Assembly: GCA_041602035.1 (NCBI GenBank)
Contig: JBFIHA010000001.1
Coordinates: 210,689-274,688 of the forward strand
Length of the DNA: 64,000 bases
From: Gemmatimonadales bacterium
Lineage (GTDB): Bacteria > Gemmatimonadota > Gemmatimonadetes > Gemmatimonadales > GWC2-71-9
Direction: 5' to 3'
The stretch's first letter is position 1. Each line of letters begins with the position of its first letter. Of this stretch, positions 9,647 to 18,772 are shown piece by piece. The notes below the pieces were generated by a model. That model was not told the origin of the DNA, did no database searches, and was given only the letters and a program-made list of their open reading frames with translations. The position numbers were made by a program, and so were the translations under genes.

Positions 9647-10450
9647 GTGCATCCCATGGCTGTTCCCGTGCCGCGTGCTGTCGAAGCTTGGCGACCAGTG
9701 TCGGTCGCCGTCCTCGCACTCCTGCTCCTGATCCCCTCGAACCTCGATGCGCAGACCGACGCCCGGGAGATCGTCGATCGGGTGGACCGTCTGCTCCGTG
9801 GTCGGTCCAGCCGGGGGACGGTGAGCATGGAGGTCGTCACCGAGCGCTGGAGTCGGACGATGCAGATGCGGATCTGGTCGCTCGGCACCGAGTACGCCCT
9901 TATCCGTCTTCTCGCTCCGCCCAAGGACGCCGGCACGGCAACCCTCAAGGCCGGCGAGGACATGTGGAACTATCTCCCTCGGGTGGACCGCACGATCAAG
10001 CTGCCGCCGTCACTGATGGGCGCGTCGTGGATGGGGTCGCATTTCACGAACGATGACATCGTGAAGGAAAGCCGCATCATCGAGGACTACGACATCGCCA
10101 TCGGATACGAGGGTGAACGGGATGGCGTGGCGGTCTGGGAGTTCGTGCTCACTCCCAGACCCGAAGCGGCGGTCGTATGGGGTCGTATCGAGGAGCAGGT
10201 GCGGCAGGACGACTTCATGCCCGTCTGGGCACGATACTACGACGACCGGGGTGAGATGGCGCGGAGCATCATCTTCGAGGACTTCCGGCGCATGGGGGGG
10301 CGCCTCGTGCCCGGCCGGATGATCATCCGGCCTGCCGACAAGACCGGGGAGAGCACCACCATCACGTACCTCGATCTCGAATTCGACATTGCGATCGACG
10401 CGTCCTTCTTCTCACTCCGCCGACTTCAGAGTGACCGCGGCCCCGACTGA
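9647..10450 (+). CDS. LolA-like outer-membrane lipoprotein-sorting protein family (periplasmic)
   Basis: Signal peptide. Motifs PPKDAGTATLKAGEDMWNYLPRVDRTIKLPPS and MGSHFTNDDI are typical of the LolA_like family, which is found next to FtsX permeases. The stop overlaps the next start (TGATG). Confidence 0.7.
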   Translation: MHPMAVPVPRAVEAWRPVSVAVLALLLLIPSNLDAQTDAREIVDRVDRLLRGRSSRGTVSMEVVTERWSRTMQMRIWSLGTEYALIRLLAPPKDAGTATLKAGEDMWNYLPRVDRTIKLPPSLMGASWMGSHFTNDDIVKESRIIEDYDIAIGYEGERDGVAVWEFVLTPRPEAAVVWGRIEEQVRQDDFMPVWARYYDDRGEMARSIIFEDFRRMGGRLVPGRMIIRPADKTGESTTITYLDLEFDIAIDASFFSLRRLQSDRGPD

Positions 10451-11706
10451 TGGCGCGGCCGTGGTGGCGGATTGGGTGGCGGAATCTCGGGCGGAACCGG
10501 CGACGTAGCCTCATCACCATGGCGGCGTTGGCGGTCGGCTACGCCTCCGTCGTGCTGCTGGTCGGGTGGTGGGATGGCGTCGTCGTGGAGATGATCAGCA
10601 ACGGGACGGGTATCCTCTCCGGCCAGCTGCAAGTTCACCACGACCAGTACCTCCCCGATCGCGACGTCTACGAAACGATTGGTGGCCCCGACGGGGCCGA
10701 CGTTTCGGTCCTCGTCGCCGAAGTCACGGCCGATCCGGCGGTCGAGGCGGCGGCGCCCCGGGTCTACGGGGGTGGCCTGGTAAGCTCGGGAGATGCGACG
10801 GCCGCCGCCGCGTTCCTCGGCGTCGACCCGGAGCTCGAGCCCCGGGTGTCGCGTCTCATGGACGCGCTCACCAGTGGCCGCCCACCGGCGCGCGGGACGA
10901 ACGAGCTCCTCATCGGTGCCGAGATGGCGCGAATTCTGGGGGTGGAGCCCGGCGCTGAAGTGGTGGTGGTGGCGCCCGCGGTGGACGGCTCGCTGGGCAA
11001 CGATCTGTTCGTCGTGAGCGGCGTATTCACCTCCGGCCTCGCCGACCTCGACCGCACCTTCGCATTGCTCCCCATCGACGCGCTTCAGGCGCTGATGGTG
11101 CTCGATCCCGGTCGCGTGCACGAGATCGCGGCAGCTGTCCCCGATCCGTGGGATGCACCCGCAGCAGCCACCCGACTGCTTTCCGCACTGGGCGCCGCCG
11201 ACGGGGTGCTCACCGTGGAGCCGTGGACCGACCTCCGGCCGGAGTTGGTCGAATACGCGCAGCTCAGTCAGTCATTCCAGTGGGTCCTGCTCGTCATCGT
11301 GTTCGGCATGGCCATCTTCGGTGTCGCGAACACCATGCTGATGGCCACGTTCGAGCGACGTCACGAGTTCGCTCTCCTCCTTGCGCTGGGGACCGCTCCG
11401 CGAGGCATCGTGTGGTCGGTCGTCTTCGAGGCGATCGCACTCGGCGCGATCGGTCTGCTCGCCGGTGCGGCCGTTACGGGCCCGGTCATGGTGTGGTGGC
11501 ACAACGCGCCGCCCGACCTGAGCTGGCTCGTCGGCGACTTCACGATGGCCGGCGCGCTCGTGCGACCGGTCCTCAGGGTCGAATACTCCTGGAGCATGGC
11601 CGTGCAGTCCGCCCTGGCACTGTTCGCCACGGCCGCACTCGCCGCAGTCTATCCGGCGATCCGGGCCGCGCGGGTGCCCCCGGCAGACACACTGGCGGGC
11701 CGCTGA
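10450..11706 (+). CDS. ABC transporter permease, FtsX/LolC-E type
   Basis: 418 aa with an N-terminal TM, a large periplasmic domain and a C-terminal FtsX 3-TM bundle. It overlaps both neighbours by 1 nt (TGATG). Confidence 0.8.
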   Translation: MARPWWRIGWRNLGRNRRRSLITMAALAVGYASVVLLVGWWDGVVVEMISNGTGILSGQLQVHHDQYLPDRDVYETIGGPDGADVSVLVAEVTADPAVEAAAPRVYGGGLVSSGDATAAAAFLGVDPELEPRVSRLMDALTSGRPPARGTNELLIGAEMARILGVEPGAEVVVVAPAVDGSLGNDLFVVSGVFTSGLADLDRTFALLPIDALQALMVLDPGRVHEIAAAVPDPWDAPAAATRLLSALGAADGVLTVEPWTDLRPELVEYAQLSQSFQWVLLVIVFGMAIFGVANTMLMATFERRHEFALLLALGTAPRGIVWSVVFEAIALGAIGLLAGAAVTGPVMVWWHNAPPDLSWLVGDFTMAGALVRPVLRVEYSWSMAVQSALALFATAALAAVYPAIRAARVPPADTLAGR

Positions 11707-12974
11707 TGCGCCGCGCCCGGCTGCTCGCCCGTCTTGCGCTCCGCAACGTGCGTCGGCAGACCCGGCGGAGCATCCTGACGGCGTCGGCCATGGTCTTGGG
11801 CGTCGCCGTGCTCGTCTTTTCGCGGGCCTTGGGAGACGGGGCGCACGAAGACTGGATCGACCAGGGCGTACGCCTCGGGAAGGGCCACATCGCCGTTCAG
11901 CACCCTCGGTTCCAGCAAAGCCGTCATCTGGATGACCGTCTGACGCCACGGGCGCTGGCAGTGGCCGAACGCGCCCTTGCCCGGCCGGACATTGCCAAGC
12001 GCGTCACGGCGGTGGCGCCGCGGCTCGAGATCCAGGGGCTCGCCTACTCCGCGACGGGGGCCATTCCGGTATTCGTGACGGGAGTGGAGCCGGAGATCGA
12101 AGCGGCGTTCTCCAAGCTGGGCGAGCGGGTGGTCGAGGGTCGCTACCTCGTGGACAGCGACCGCCTGCACGCGTTCGTGGGTCAGCGGCTCGCCGAGCGG
12201 TTGGATCTGGAAGTGGGCTCCCGCCTGGTGCTGACGGGGCAGGACGCGACCGGTGAGATCGCGGGCCAATTCGTCCGGGTCGTGGGGATCTTCCGGACCG
12301 GCCTTCCCGAGGCCGACGAGGGCATCGTCCACATTCCCCTCCGTACCGCACAGGAGTGGCTCCAGGTAGGCGGCGCCGTCACTACGCTGGCCGTGCTCGC
12401 GGTGTCGGGGTGGGATATGCCGGGTGTACTCGAGGATCTCGATGCCGCCTTGGCCGAGGACTCCTCCGAAGTCGCGGCGCTGGGCTGGCGACAGGCGATG
12501 CCGGAGCTGGATGCCGCCATCCGCATCGACGACTACGGCGACTACCTGTTCCATATCATTCTGTTCGTGATCGTGGGGCTCGCTATCGTGAACACGGTGC
12601 TCATGTCGGTGCTCTACCGCACCCGGGAGTTCGGCGTGCTCCGGGCCCTGGGGCTGACCAAAGGGGAGACCGCCAGTGTGGTGTTCGGCGAGGGCCTGCT
12701 GCTCACCGCCGTGAGCGGCCTTCTCGGCATGGTGATCGGCTTCGCGTTCACTTGGATCTTCTTTCGAAACGGGCTCGACTACTCGGGGATGCTCGACAAT
12801 GAGTTCACCATCTCCGGCATTCTCCTCGAGCCGGTGATCGTCCCGATCTTCCGCGTGGTCCAGGTGTTCCAGAGCCTGGGCTCCATCGTCGTGATCGGGG
12901 TGTTGGCGTCCCTCTATCCTGCTTATCGCGCGACGCGCATCGACGTCGCCGAAGCAATGAAGTTCGAGGCATGA
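11706..12974 (+). CDS. ABC transporter permease, FtsX/LolC-E type (second paralog)
   Basis: ATG at 11706 (MRRARLLARLALRNVRRQTRRSIL...) lies inside ORF 11148..12974. It has the same architecture as the preceding gene. The stop overlaps the ATPase start (ATGA). Confidence 0.8.
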   Translation: MRRARLLARLALRNVRRQTRRSILTASAMVLGVAVLVFSRALGDGAHEDWIDQGVRLGKGHIAVQHPRFQQSRHLDDRLTPRALAVAERALARPDIAKRVTAVAPRLEIQGLAYSATGAIPVFVTGVEPEIEAAFSKLGERVVEGRYLVDSDRLHAFVGQRLAERLDLEVGSRLVLTGQDATGEIAGQFVRVVGIFRTGLPEADEGIVHIPLRTAQEWLQVGGAVTTLAVLAVSGWDMPGVLEDLDAALAEDSSEVAALGWRQAMPELDAAIRIDDYGDYLFHIILFVIVGLAIVNTVLMSVLYRTREFGVLRALGLTKGETASVVFGEGLLLTAVSGLLGMVIGFAFTWIFFRNGLDYSGMLDNEFTISGILLEPVIVPIFRVVQVFQSLGSIVVIGVLASLYPAYRATRIDVAEAMKFEA

Positions 12975-13687
12975 GCGAACAACGAGTTGCGGCGGTCCGG
13001 ACCGACGCGGTCTGGAAGGTGTTCGAGCACGACGGCATCGCTGTCGAGGCGGTGCGCGATGTCACACTGGAAATCGCGCCTGGCGAGTTCGTCGTGTTAG
13101 CCGGGCCCTCCGGGTCAGGCAAGACGACGCTCTTGAATCTGCTCGGCGGCCTCACCGCACCCACCCGCGGTGCGGTGTGGATCGACGGCCGAGAGCTGAC
13201 CGCCATGAAGGAGCGGCAACGCGCGCGGCTGCGACTGGAGCGGGTGGGGTTCGTGTTCCAGGCGTATAACCTGCTTCCCGTGTTGACGGCACTCGAGAAC
13301 GCCGAGTTCTCGCTCCTCCTGCGCGGGGTTCCACCGGAAGAGCGGACGCGCCGCGTCAGAGCCTTGTTCGAGCGCATCGGCATCGGGGGTCTCGAGGATC
13401 GGCGGCCGTCCAAGCTCTCGGGCGGGCAGCAGCAGCGGGTCGCCGTTGCCAGGGCCGTGGTTGGCGAGCCCGCACTGGTGCTGGCGGATGAGCCCACCGC
13501 CAATCTTGACAGCGCCTCGAGTATCGCGCTGCTCGACGTGATGACCACGCTGAACGTGGAGCTCGGCACGACGTTCGTCTTCGCCACGCACGACCAGCGG
13601 CTCATGGAACGGGCTCGGCGACTGATCCGACTGGTCGACGGTGGCGTGGAGTCGGATACGCGGCGACCGCCCAGTACGAGGGCATGA
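12971..13687 (+). CDS. ABC transporter ATP-binding protein, LolD/MacB-NBD type
   Basis: Walker A GPSGSGKTT, signature LSGGQQQR, Walker B LVLADEPT, H-loop ATHD. Confidence 0.95.
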   Translation: MSEQRVAAVRTDAVWKVFEHDGIAVEAVRDVTLEIAPGEFVVLAGPSGSGKTTLLNLLGGLTAPTRGAVWIDGRELTAMKERQRARLRLERVGFVFQAYNLLPVLTALENAEFSLLLRGVPPEERTRRVRALFERIGIGGLEDRRPSKLSGGQQQRVAVARAVVGEPALVLADEPTANLDSASSIALLDVMTTLNVELGTTFVFATHDQRLMERARRLIRLVDGGVESDTRRPPSTRA

Positions 13688-14859
13688 GGCAGACCGCGAT
13701 CGCGCTGGTCGCGATCGTCGCGGTCTGGGCGAGAGGCACGGCCGCCCAACAGCCGCTCTTGCGGGGGTACGCGCTCAACGTTGCCGTTGCCGCCGACGCC
13801 ACGCCGCTCACCGAGCGGCTGTTCGGCGACAATCAGCGCGTCAGGGTCATGACACGACCGTCGTTCGGTCCGTGGCAGATCGACCTTGCCTACGAGCACC
13901 TCGTGAGTGTGCGGACCACCACGGGGGGGACGCTGGTCACCGGCCTCGTGCCTGGCCTCACCGGCATTGACTGGTTTCCCCTGCAGGGCACGCTCTGGGA
14001 AACCGATCATCTCACGTGGCGTCATCGCGTCGACCGTCTCGGTGTCGGCTTTCAGCACCCAGTGTTCGAGGTGACGGTTGGCCGGCAGCCCATCTCCTGG
14101 GCCACCACCCTCTTCCTCACCCCGGCGGATCCGTTTGCCCCGTTCGATCCTTCCGACCCGTTCCGCGAATACCGCGCCGGGATCGACGCCGCCAGGGTTC
14201 GCGTCTTTTCGGGCCCGTTCAGTGAGATCGAAGCAGTCGCTCGAGTGGCCGACGTCGACGACGCCCGAACGATGACGGCCCTGGCGCGCGGCCGAACCGC
14301 GCACGGACGCTGGGAGCTGAGCGGGTGGGCCGGCGTCCTGCACGACGAGGCGGCAGCGGCGATCGGGGTAACCGTCACCGTCATCGGTGCCGCGATCCGC
14401 AGCGAAGCCGTGCTCAGGCGGTCCGGGGACGCGACGGTGTTCCGGGGTGCCGTTGGCGCGGATCGGAGCTTCAACCTCGGCTCGCGCACGCTGTACGTGG
14501 TCGTCGAGTACCAGCGGGACGGCTTTGGTGCGTCCGACGCCACCGGGCTCCCGGCCGTATTGCTCTCGGCCGCCACGCGTCGTGGCGAGCTCCAGGTCTT
14601 TGGGCGGGACGAGCTCGTGTTGCAGGGGAGCCTCGAGGTGCACCCGCTCGTGTCGGTCGACGGGCTCGTCATCTGGAACCTCAATGATGGAAGCGCCCTG
14701 GTCGCTCCCGGGGTGACGTACTCGGTGACGGGCGCGGTGACCGCGCGTGCCGGAGTGTATGTCGGGACCGGCCCCGGCCCCCTGCCCGCGGGGACGCTGC
14801 AGTCGGAGTACGGCCTCGTGCCAACCTCCGGTTACGTTTCGCTCTCGGTATTCCTGTAG
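13684..14859 (+). CDS. uncharacterised secreted protein, predicted outer-membrane beta-barrel
   Basis: ATGA overlap with the ATPase gene. Signal peptide MRQTAIALVAIVAVWARGTAAQ. Alternating-hydrophobic strands run throughout and the C-terminus is aromatic/hydrophobic (YVSLSVFL). I recognise no family. Confidence 0.5.
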   Translation: MRQTAIALVAIVAVWARGTAAQQPLLRGYALNVAVAADATPLTERLFGDNQRVRVMTRPSFGPWQIDLAYEHLVSVRTTTGGTLVTGLVPGLTGIDWFPLQGTLWETDHLTWRHRVDRLGVGFQHPVFEVTVGRQPISWATTLFLTPADPFAPFDPSDPFREYRAGIDAARVRVFSGPFSEIEAVARVADVDDARTMTALARGRTAHGRWELSGWAGVLHDEAAAAIGVTVTVIGAAIRSEAVLRRSGDATVFRGAVGADRSFNLGSRTLYVVVEYQRDGFGASDATGLPAVLLSAATRRGELQVFGRDELVLQGSLEVHPLVSVDGLVIWNLNDGSALVAPGVTYSVTGAVTARAGVYVGTGPGPLPAGTLQSEYGLVPTSGYVSLSVFL

Positions 14860-14895
14860 GACCGGTCCGAATTCGCCGAAAAGGACGGAAGGCAA

Positions 14896-16146
14896 ATGCT
14901 GTACCGAGTAATGGGCAGGGCGTGGTGGTGGGTAGTCCTGGTGTCGGTGGTGAGCCTGCAGAGCTGCGCCACATCCGCGCCACATTCGGTCGCCACGCCC
15001 GCGCCGGTAGTGCTCGTGGGTCTGGACGCGTTCGGGTGGGATTTCATGGAGAAGACAGAGACCCCGAACCTCGACGCGCTCGCCGCTCGCGGTGTGCGTG
15101 CCGAGCACCTCGTCCCGGTGTTCCCGACGAAGACCTTCCCGAACCATTACAGCATCGCCACCGGGCTCTATGCCGAGCATCACGGGATCGTGGCGAACAA
15201 CATGTACGATCCGGTGTTCGATGCCCACTTCAGCCTGGGTGATCGGTCGGCGGTGTCGGATGGACGTTGGTGGGGCGGTGAACCCATTTGGGTGACGGTC
15301 GAGAAGCAGGGACTCGTGGCCGCAGCGTTCTTCTGGCCGGGTACCGAGGCGGCGATCCAGGGTGTTCGGCCCACCTATTGGCGGCCCTACGACGGGAGCA
15401 TTCCCGCCGAGGATCGCGTCGCGCAGGTGCTGGCCTGGCTGGACCTGCCCGTGGGGGAACGGCCGGCGTTCATCACCCTCTACTTCAGCGAGGTCGACGA
15501 CGCCACCCACCGGTTTGGGACCGACGCGCCGGAAACCCTGGCGGCGATCCAGCGCATGGATCGCATGATCGGGCTGCTCATGACCGGACTCGAGCAGCGC
15601 GGCATCGCCTCGACCACGAATGTGGTGGTCGTCTCCGACCACGGGATGGCGAACACGTCGCCCGACAGGGTCATCTTCCTGGATGACTACGTGCGGCTCG
15701 ACGAGGTGGAAGTGGTTGACTGGAATCCCATCGCCGCCATTCGGCCCCTGCGCGCTGATGACGCGGAGCGCATCTACCGTCGTCTCGCCTCGGCGCATCC
15801 GCATCTGCGCGTGTTCCGTAAGAACGAGATCCCCGCGCGTTGGCACTACCGGGATCATCGAAGAATTCAGCCGATACTCGCCGTTGCCGACGAGGGCTGG
15901 TCCATTGCGAGCCGCCCCTATTTCGATCTGCAACCGGATCGCATGGCCGGTGCCAACCATGGCTACGACAACGCGCTTCAGTCCATGGGGGCCGTGTTCG
16001 TGGCCGCCGGTCCCGCGTTCAGGGAGGGGGTGGTCGCCGCGCCGTTTGAAGCCATTCACGTCTACGCCTTGCTGTGCCGCGTTCTCGGTCTCACGCCAGC
16101 ACCGAATGACGGAAATGTCGACGCCGTGGCGCGGCTCCTGAAGTAG
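14896..16146 (+). CDS. ectonucleotide pyrophosphatase/phosphodiesterase (NPP, alkaline-phosphatase superfamily)
   Basis: VGLDAFGWDF...PTKTFPNHYSIATGLYAEHHGIV...VSDHGM motifs. An N-terminal signal/anchor is present. Confidence 0.85.
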   Translation: MLYRVMGRAWWWVVLVSVVSLQSCATSAPHSVATPAPVVLVGLDAFGWDFMEKTETPNLDALAARGVRAEHLVPVFPTKTFPNHYSIATGLYAEHHGIVANNMYDPVFDAHFSLGDRSAVSDGRWWGGEPIWVTVEKQGLVAAAFFWPGTEAAIQGVRPTYWRPYDGSIPAEDRVAQVLAWLDLPVGERPAFITLYFSEVDDATHRFGTDAPETLAAIQRMDRMIGLLMTGLEQRGIASTTNVVVVSDHGMANTSPDRVIFLDDYVRLDEVEVVDWNPIAAIRPLRADDAERIYRRLASAHPHLRVFRKNEIPARWHYRDHRRIQPILAVADEGWSIASRPYFDLQPDRMAGANHGYDNALQSMGAVFVAAGPAFREGVVAAPFEAIHVYALLCRVLGLTPAPNDGNVDAVARLLK

Positions 16147-16908
16147 ATGCCACGTCGGCGCCGATCTTCGGGCACGCCACCGTCGGCGGAGTCATCGCCG
16201 ACTTCAGCCTCGCGGCGGTGGTCCGCGTGGGCGCTCGGGTGGGCCAAGTCCATTGCGCTGGCTGTCGCGATCTGGTTTCCGCTCCAGGCACTGGTGGTCA
16301 AGTCGTTCCGCATCGACTCCGGCTCCATGGAGCCGACGCTGCTGGTGAACGATTTCCTGATCGTCAACCGCGCCGTCTTCGGAGCCAGAATCCCAGTCGT
16401 TGGCGGTCGTACCCCCGCTCTTCGGGAACCGCGCCGCGACGAGCTGATTGTGCTGAGGGGGGTGGAACAGCCGGTACTGACCATCGTGAAGCGGGTCATC
16501 GGTGTCGCCGGCGACACGCTCGCCATGCGCCACGACTCCGTGTTTCGGAACGGCACTGTCGTGCCGAGTGTGCCCTATCGCCGTGACACCACCATGACCA
16601 TGGACTCGGTGCAACGGGCGGCGAGCGCCCGATGGCAGCAGCCCTTGCTCGTCCCCGGCGCGGTGCAGGAGCCCTACCGTCCTGACCTCCGCAACTGGGG
16701 CCCCATCGTCATCCCGCCCGGACACCTGTTCGTTATGGGAGATAGTCGCGACGACTCGTACGATGGGCGGCACTGGGGGCTGTTGCCACGCGAGAACGTG
16801 ATCGGTGTCCCGTTCGCCATCTACTACAGCTTCGACCCGGCGAGCTGGCGCCCGTTGCCGTTCGTCACCGCGATCCGCTGGAACCGCCTCTTCCGGAGTC
16901 CTTGGTAA
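16147..16908 (+). CDS. lepB: signal peptidase I
   Basis: SGSMEPTL (catalytic Ser box), RGD-like and GDSRDDSYDGRHWG boxes. The ATG directly follows the NPP TAG stop. Confidence 0.9.
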   Translation: MPRRRRSSGTPPSAESSPTSASRRWSAWALGWAKSIALAVAIWFPLQALVVKSFRIDSGSMEPTLLVNDFLIVNRAVFGARIPVVGGRTPALREPRRDELIVLRGVEQPVLTIVKRVIGVAGDTLAMRHDSVFRNGTVVPSVPYRRDTTMTMDSVQRAASARWQQPLLVPGAVQEPYRPDLRNWGPIVIPPGHLFVMGDSRDDSYDGRHWGLLPRENVIGVPFAIYYSFDPASWRPLPFVTAIRWNRLFRSPW

Positions 16909-16965
16909 CGCTGCCCGATCGGCCACTGCGGCCTGGGCACTGCGCGCCGGCCACACAGTCGTTCG

Positions 16966-17667
16966 CTAGTCCGGTGCCACTTCTCCGCCACGCACGATGG
17001 ACTGGATCTTCGTGAGCAGCATGTCCACCGCCACACGATTGTGCCCGCCCTCCGGGATGATCACGTGGGCGTAGCGCTTGCTCGGCTCCACGAACTCGAG
17101 ATGCATGGGACGCACGGTCTCGAGGTACTGCTGCACGACTGATTCCAGACTGCGGCCGCGCTCGTTGATGTCGCGATGCATTCGACGCAGGATGCGAAGG
17201 TCGGCATCGGTGTCGACGAAGACGCGAATGTCCATCAGTTCCCGTAGATCTGGGTCTGCGAGAATCAGGATGCCCTCGACGATCACCGCTCGTCGCGGGT
17301 GCACCCGCTCGGTCTGGGCGGTTCTGGTGTGGTTGGTGAAGTCGTAGACCGGGATCTCGACCGGTCGGCTGCCGCGCAGCGTCACGAGGTGCTCGATCAG
17401 GAGCGGGGTCTCCAGCGCGTCCGGACGGTCGTAGTTGATGTGGACCCGTTCCGTGGGAAGCACATCACTGCGGTCGTAGTAGTAGGAATCGTGCTGGATG
17501 AAGCTCACGTCCTCGGGACCCAGGCTCTTGATGATCTCCTGGACCACGGTCGTCTTGCCCGAGCCGGATCCGCCGGCGACGCCGATGATGACCGGTTTCA
17601 CGCGCTGGTCTCGTGTGCGAGAGGAGACGTGACGCTCAATGCTCGCCTCCGCGTCGTGCGGCGTCAA
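16966..17667 (-). CDS. udk: uridine kinase
   Basis: P-loop VIIGVAGGSGSGKTT and family-wide similarity (FIQHDSYYYD, ILRRMHRDINERGR). It starts 19 nt after the GT2 stop, so it may be co-transcribed. Confidence 0.9.
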   Translation of the reverse strand: MTPHDAEASIERHVSSRTRDQRVKPVIIGVAGGSGSGKTTVVQEIIKSLGPEDVSFIQHDSYYYDRSDVLPTERVHINYDRPDALETPLLIEHLVTLRGSRPVEIPVYDFTNHTRTAQTERVHPRRAVIVEGILILADPDLRELMDIRVFVDTDADLRILRRMHRDINERGRSLESVVQQYLETVRPMHLEFVEPSKRYAHVIIPEGGHNRVAVDMLLTKIQSIVRGGEVAPD

Positions 17668-17686
17668 GCGAGTTGCGGGGTGATGG

Positions 17687-18772
17687 TCAGGTGCGGCTCA
17701 CGGCACGGCGCGCCACGGGCCGGCCCTTCCATCTCGCACGGCCGGTCCAGTGAGCGACCGCCGAGTCCAGCTGCAGCACGGCACCCAAAACCATGGTGGC
17801 CGGCGCCAGCAGCGTGACACCGAGGGGCATGCGGACGAGTCGATCCGCCAGCCACTTGAGGACGAACAACGGGATGAGAAACCACAAGGAGGCGATCGGC
17901 GCGAGCACGAACACTGCGAGATACGACAGGTGCAGGGGGACGAACGTCCACACGCGCTCGCCCATGAACGGATACACGTTCTTGCGAAACCCGACCCAAG
18001 CGTCGGCCAGGCTCTCGTACATGCGGACCCGGACCTCGTCCTGGAGGTCGGCGGAATACGGCACGACGTTGTGAGCCTTGAGGTAGCGGCCGATGCGGAT
18101 GTCCTCGAGCACCTCCCCCTTGTGCCGGAGATGCGGCTCCAGGCGGAGGTAGTCTCGGCGGTCGATCATCCAGCACTGACCGTTCATGCCGCTCAACCGC
18201 CCGACCCGCGTTCGCGCAACCAGAATGAGCGGGAGATACGTGAGGATCACGAACGGGACGAGGCTCACGAGCAGGCGACCGCCGCCCACCAAGCGCGTAA
18301 TACCGGTCAAGACGGATCCTGGCGGTAGGGCGAGATAACGACGCACGAGCCGCAACAAGGCTTCGGGATCCGTGAGCGTCGCGTCCGCATCGAGGAATAC
18401 CAACACGTCGCCACGAGCGTGGCGGCTTGCCTGGTACAGCGCATGGACCTTACCGACCCATCCGGGAGGCGGTCCCTCGCCACGCATCGTTCGAAGGTGA
18501 GGCGCCCGGAGCGCGTGGAGCACGCCCGGCGTCGCATCGTCCGAGCCGTCGTCATACACCGTGACGTCGAATCGTGGATAGCGCTGCGCCAAGACGCCTG
18601 GCAGGAACCTTCGCAGGTTCACGGCCTCGTTTCTCGCGGGAATGATGATGGAGATCGATGGGAGCGGGGCGGTCGATGGTGCCAGACGGCGGCGCGTGCC
18701 GCGGAGATAGCGGACGTTGAGGAGCAGGATCGCTCCGAAGACGAGGTAGGCCCCCGCAAGCAGCGGAATCAC
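17687..18772 (-). CDS. family-2 glycosyltransferase, carotenoid glycosyltransferase-like (CruC/CrtQ-type)
   Basis: SIIIPARNE...DVTVYDDGSDD...FLDAD GT2 motifs, plus N- and C-terminal TM helices. The start is moved to GTG 18772, which makes a GTGA overlap with the upstream stop. The ATG at 18880 would overlap the upstream gene by 112 nt. Confidence 0.7.
   Translation of the reverse strand: MIPLLAGAYLVFGAILLLNVRYLRGTRRRLAPSTAPLPSISIIIPARNEAVNLRRFLPGVLAQRYPRFDVTVYDDGSDDATPGVLHALRAPHLRTMRGEGPPPGWVGKVHALYQASRHARGDVLVFLDADATLTDPEALLRLVRRYLALPPGSVLTGITRLVGGGRLLVSLVPFVILTYLPLILVARTRVGRLSGMNGQCWMIDRRDYLRLEPHLRHKGEVLEDIRIGRYLKAHNVVPYSADLQDEVRVRMYESLADAWVGFRKNVYPFMGERVWTFVPLHLSYLAVFVLAPIASLWFLIPLFVLKWLADRLVRMPLGVTLLAPATMVLGAVLQLDSAVAHWTGRARWKGRPVARRAVSRT

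Noticed and set aside
12805-16059. 1084-aa ORF on the minus strand, the longest ORF in the track
   Set aside because: It runs antisense across four well-supported + strand genes: permease end, ATPase, barrel and NPP. Its composition is Arg/Gly/Pro/His-rich and low in complexity, with no recognisable motif. This is a typical GC-bias artefact.
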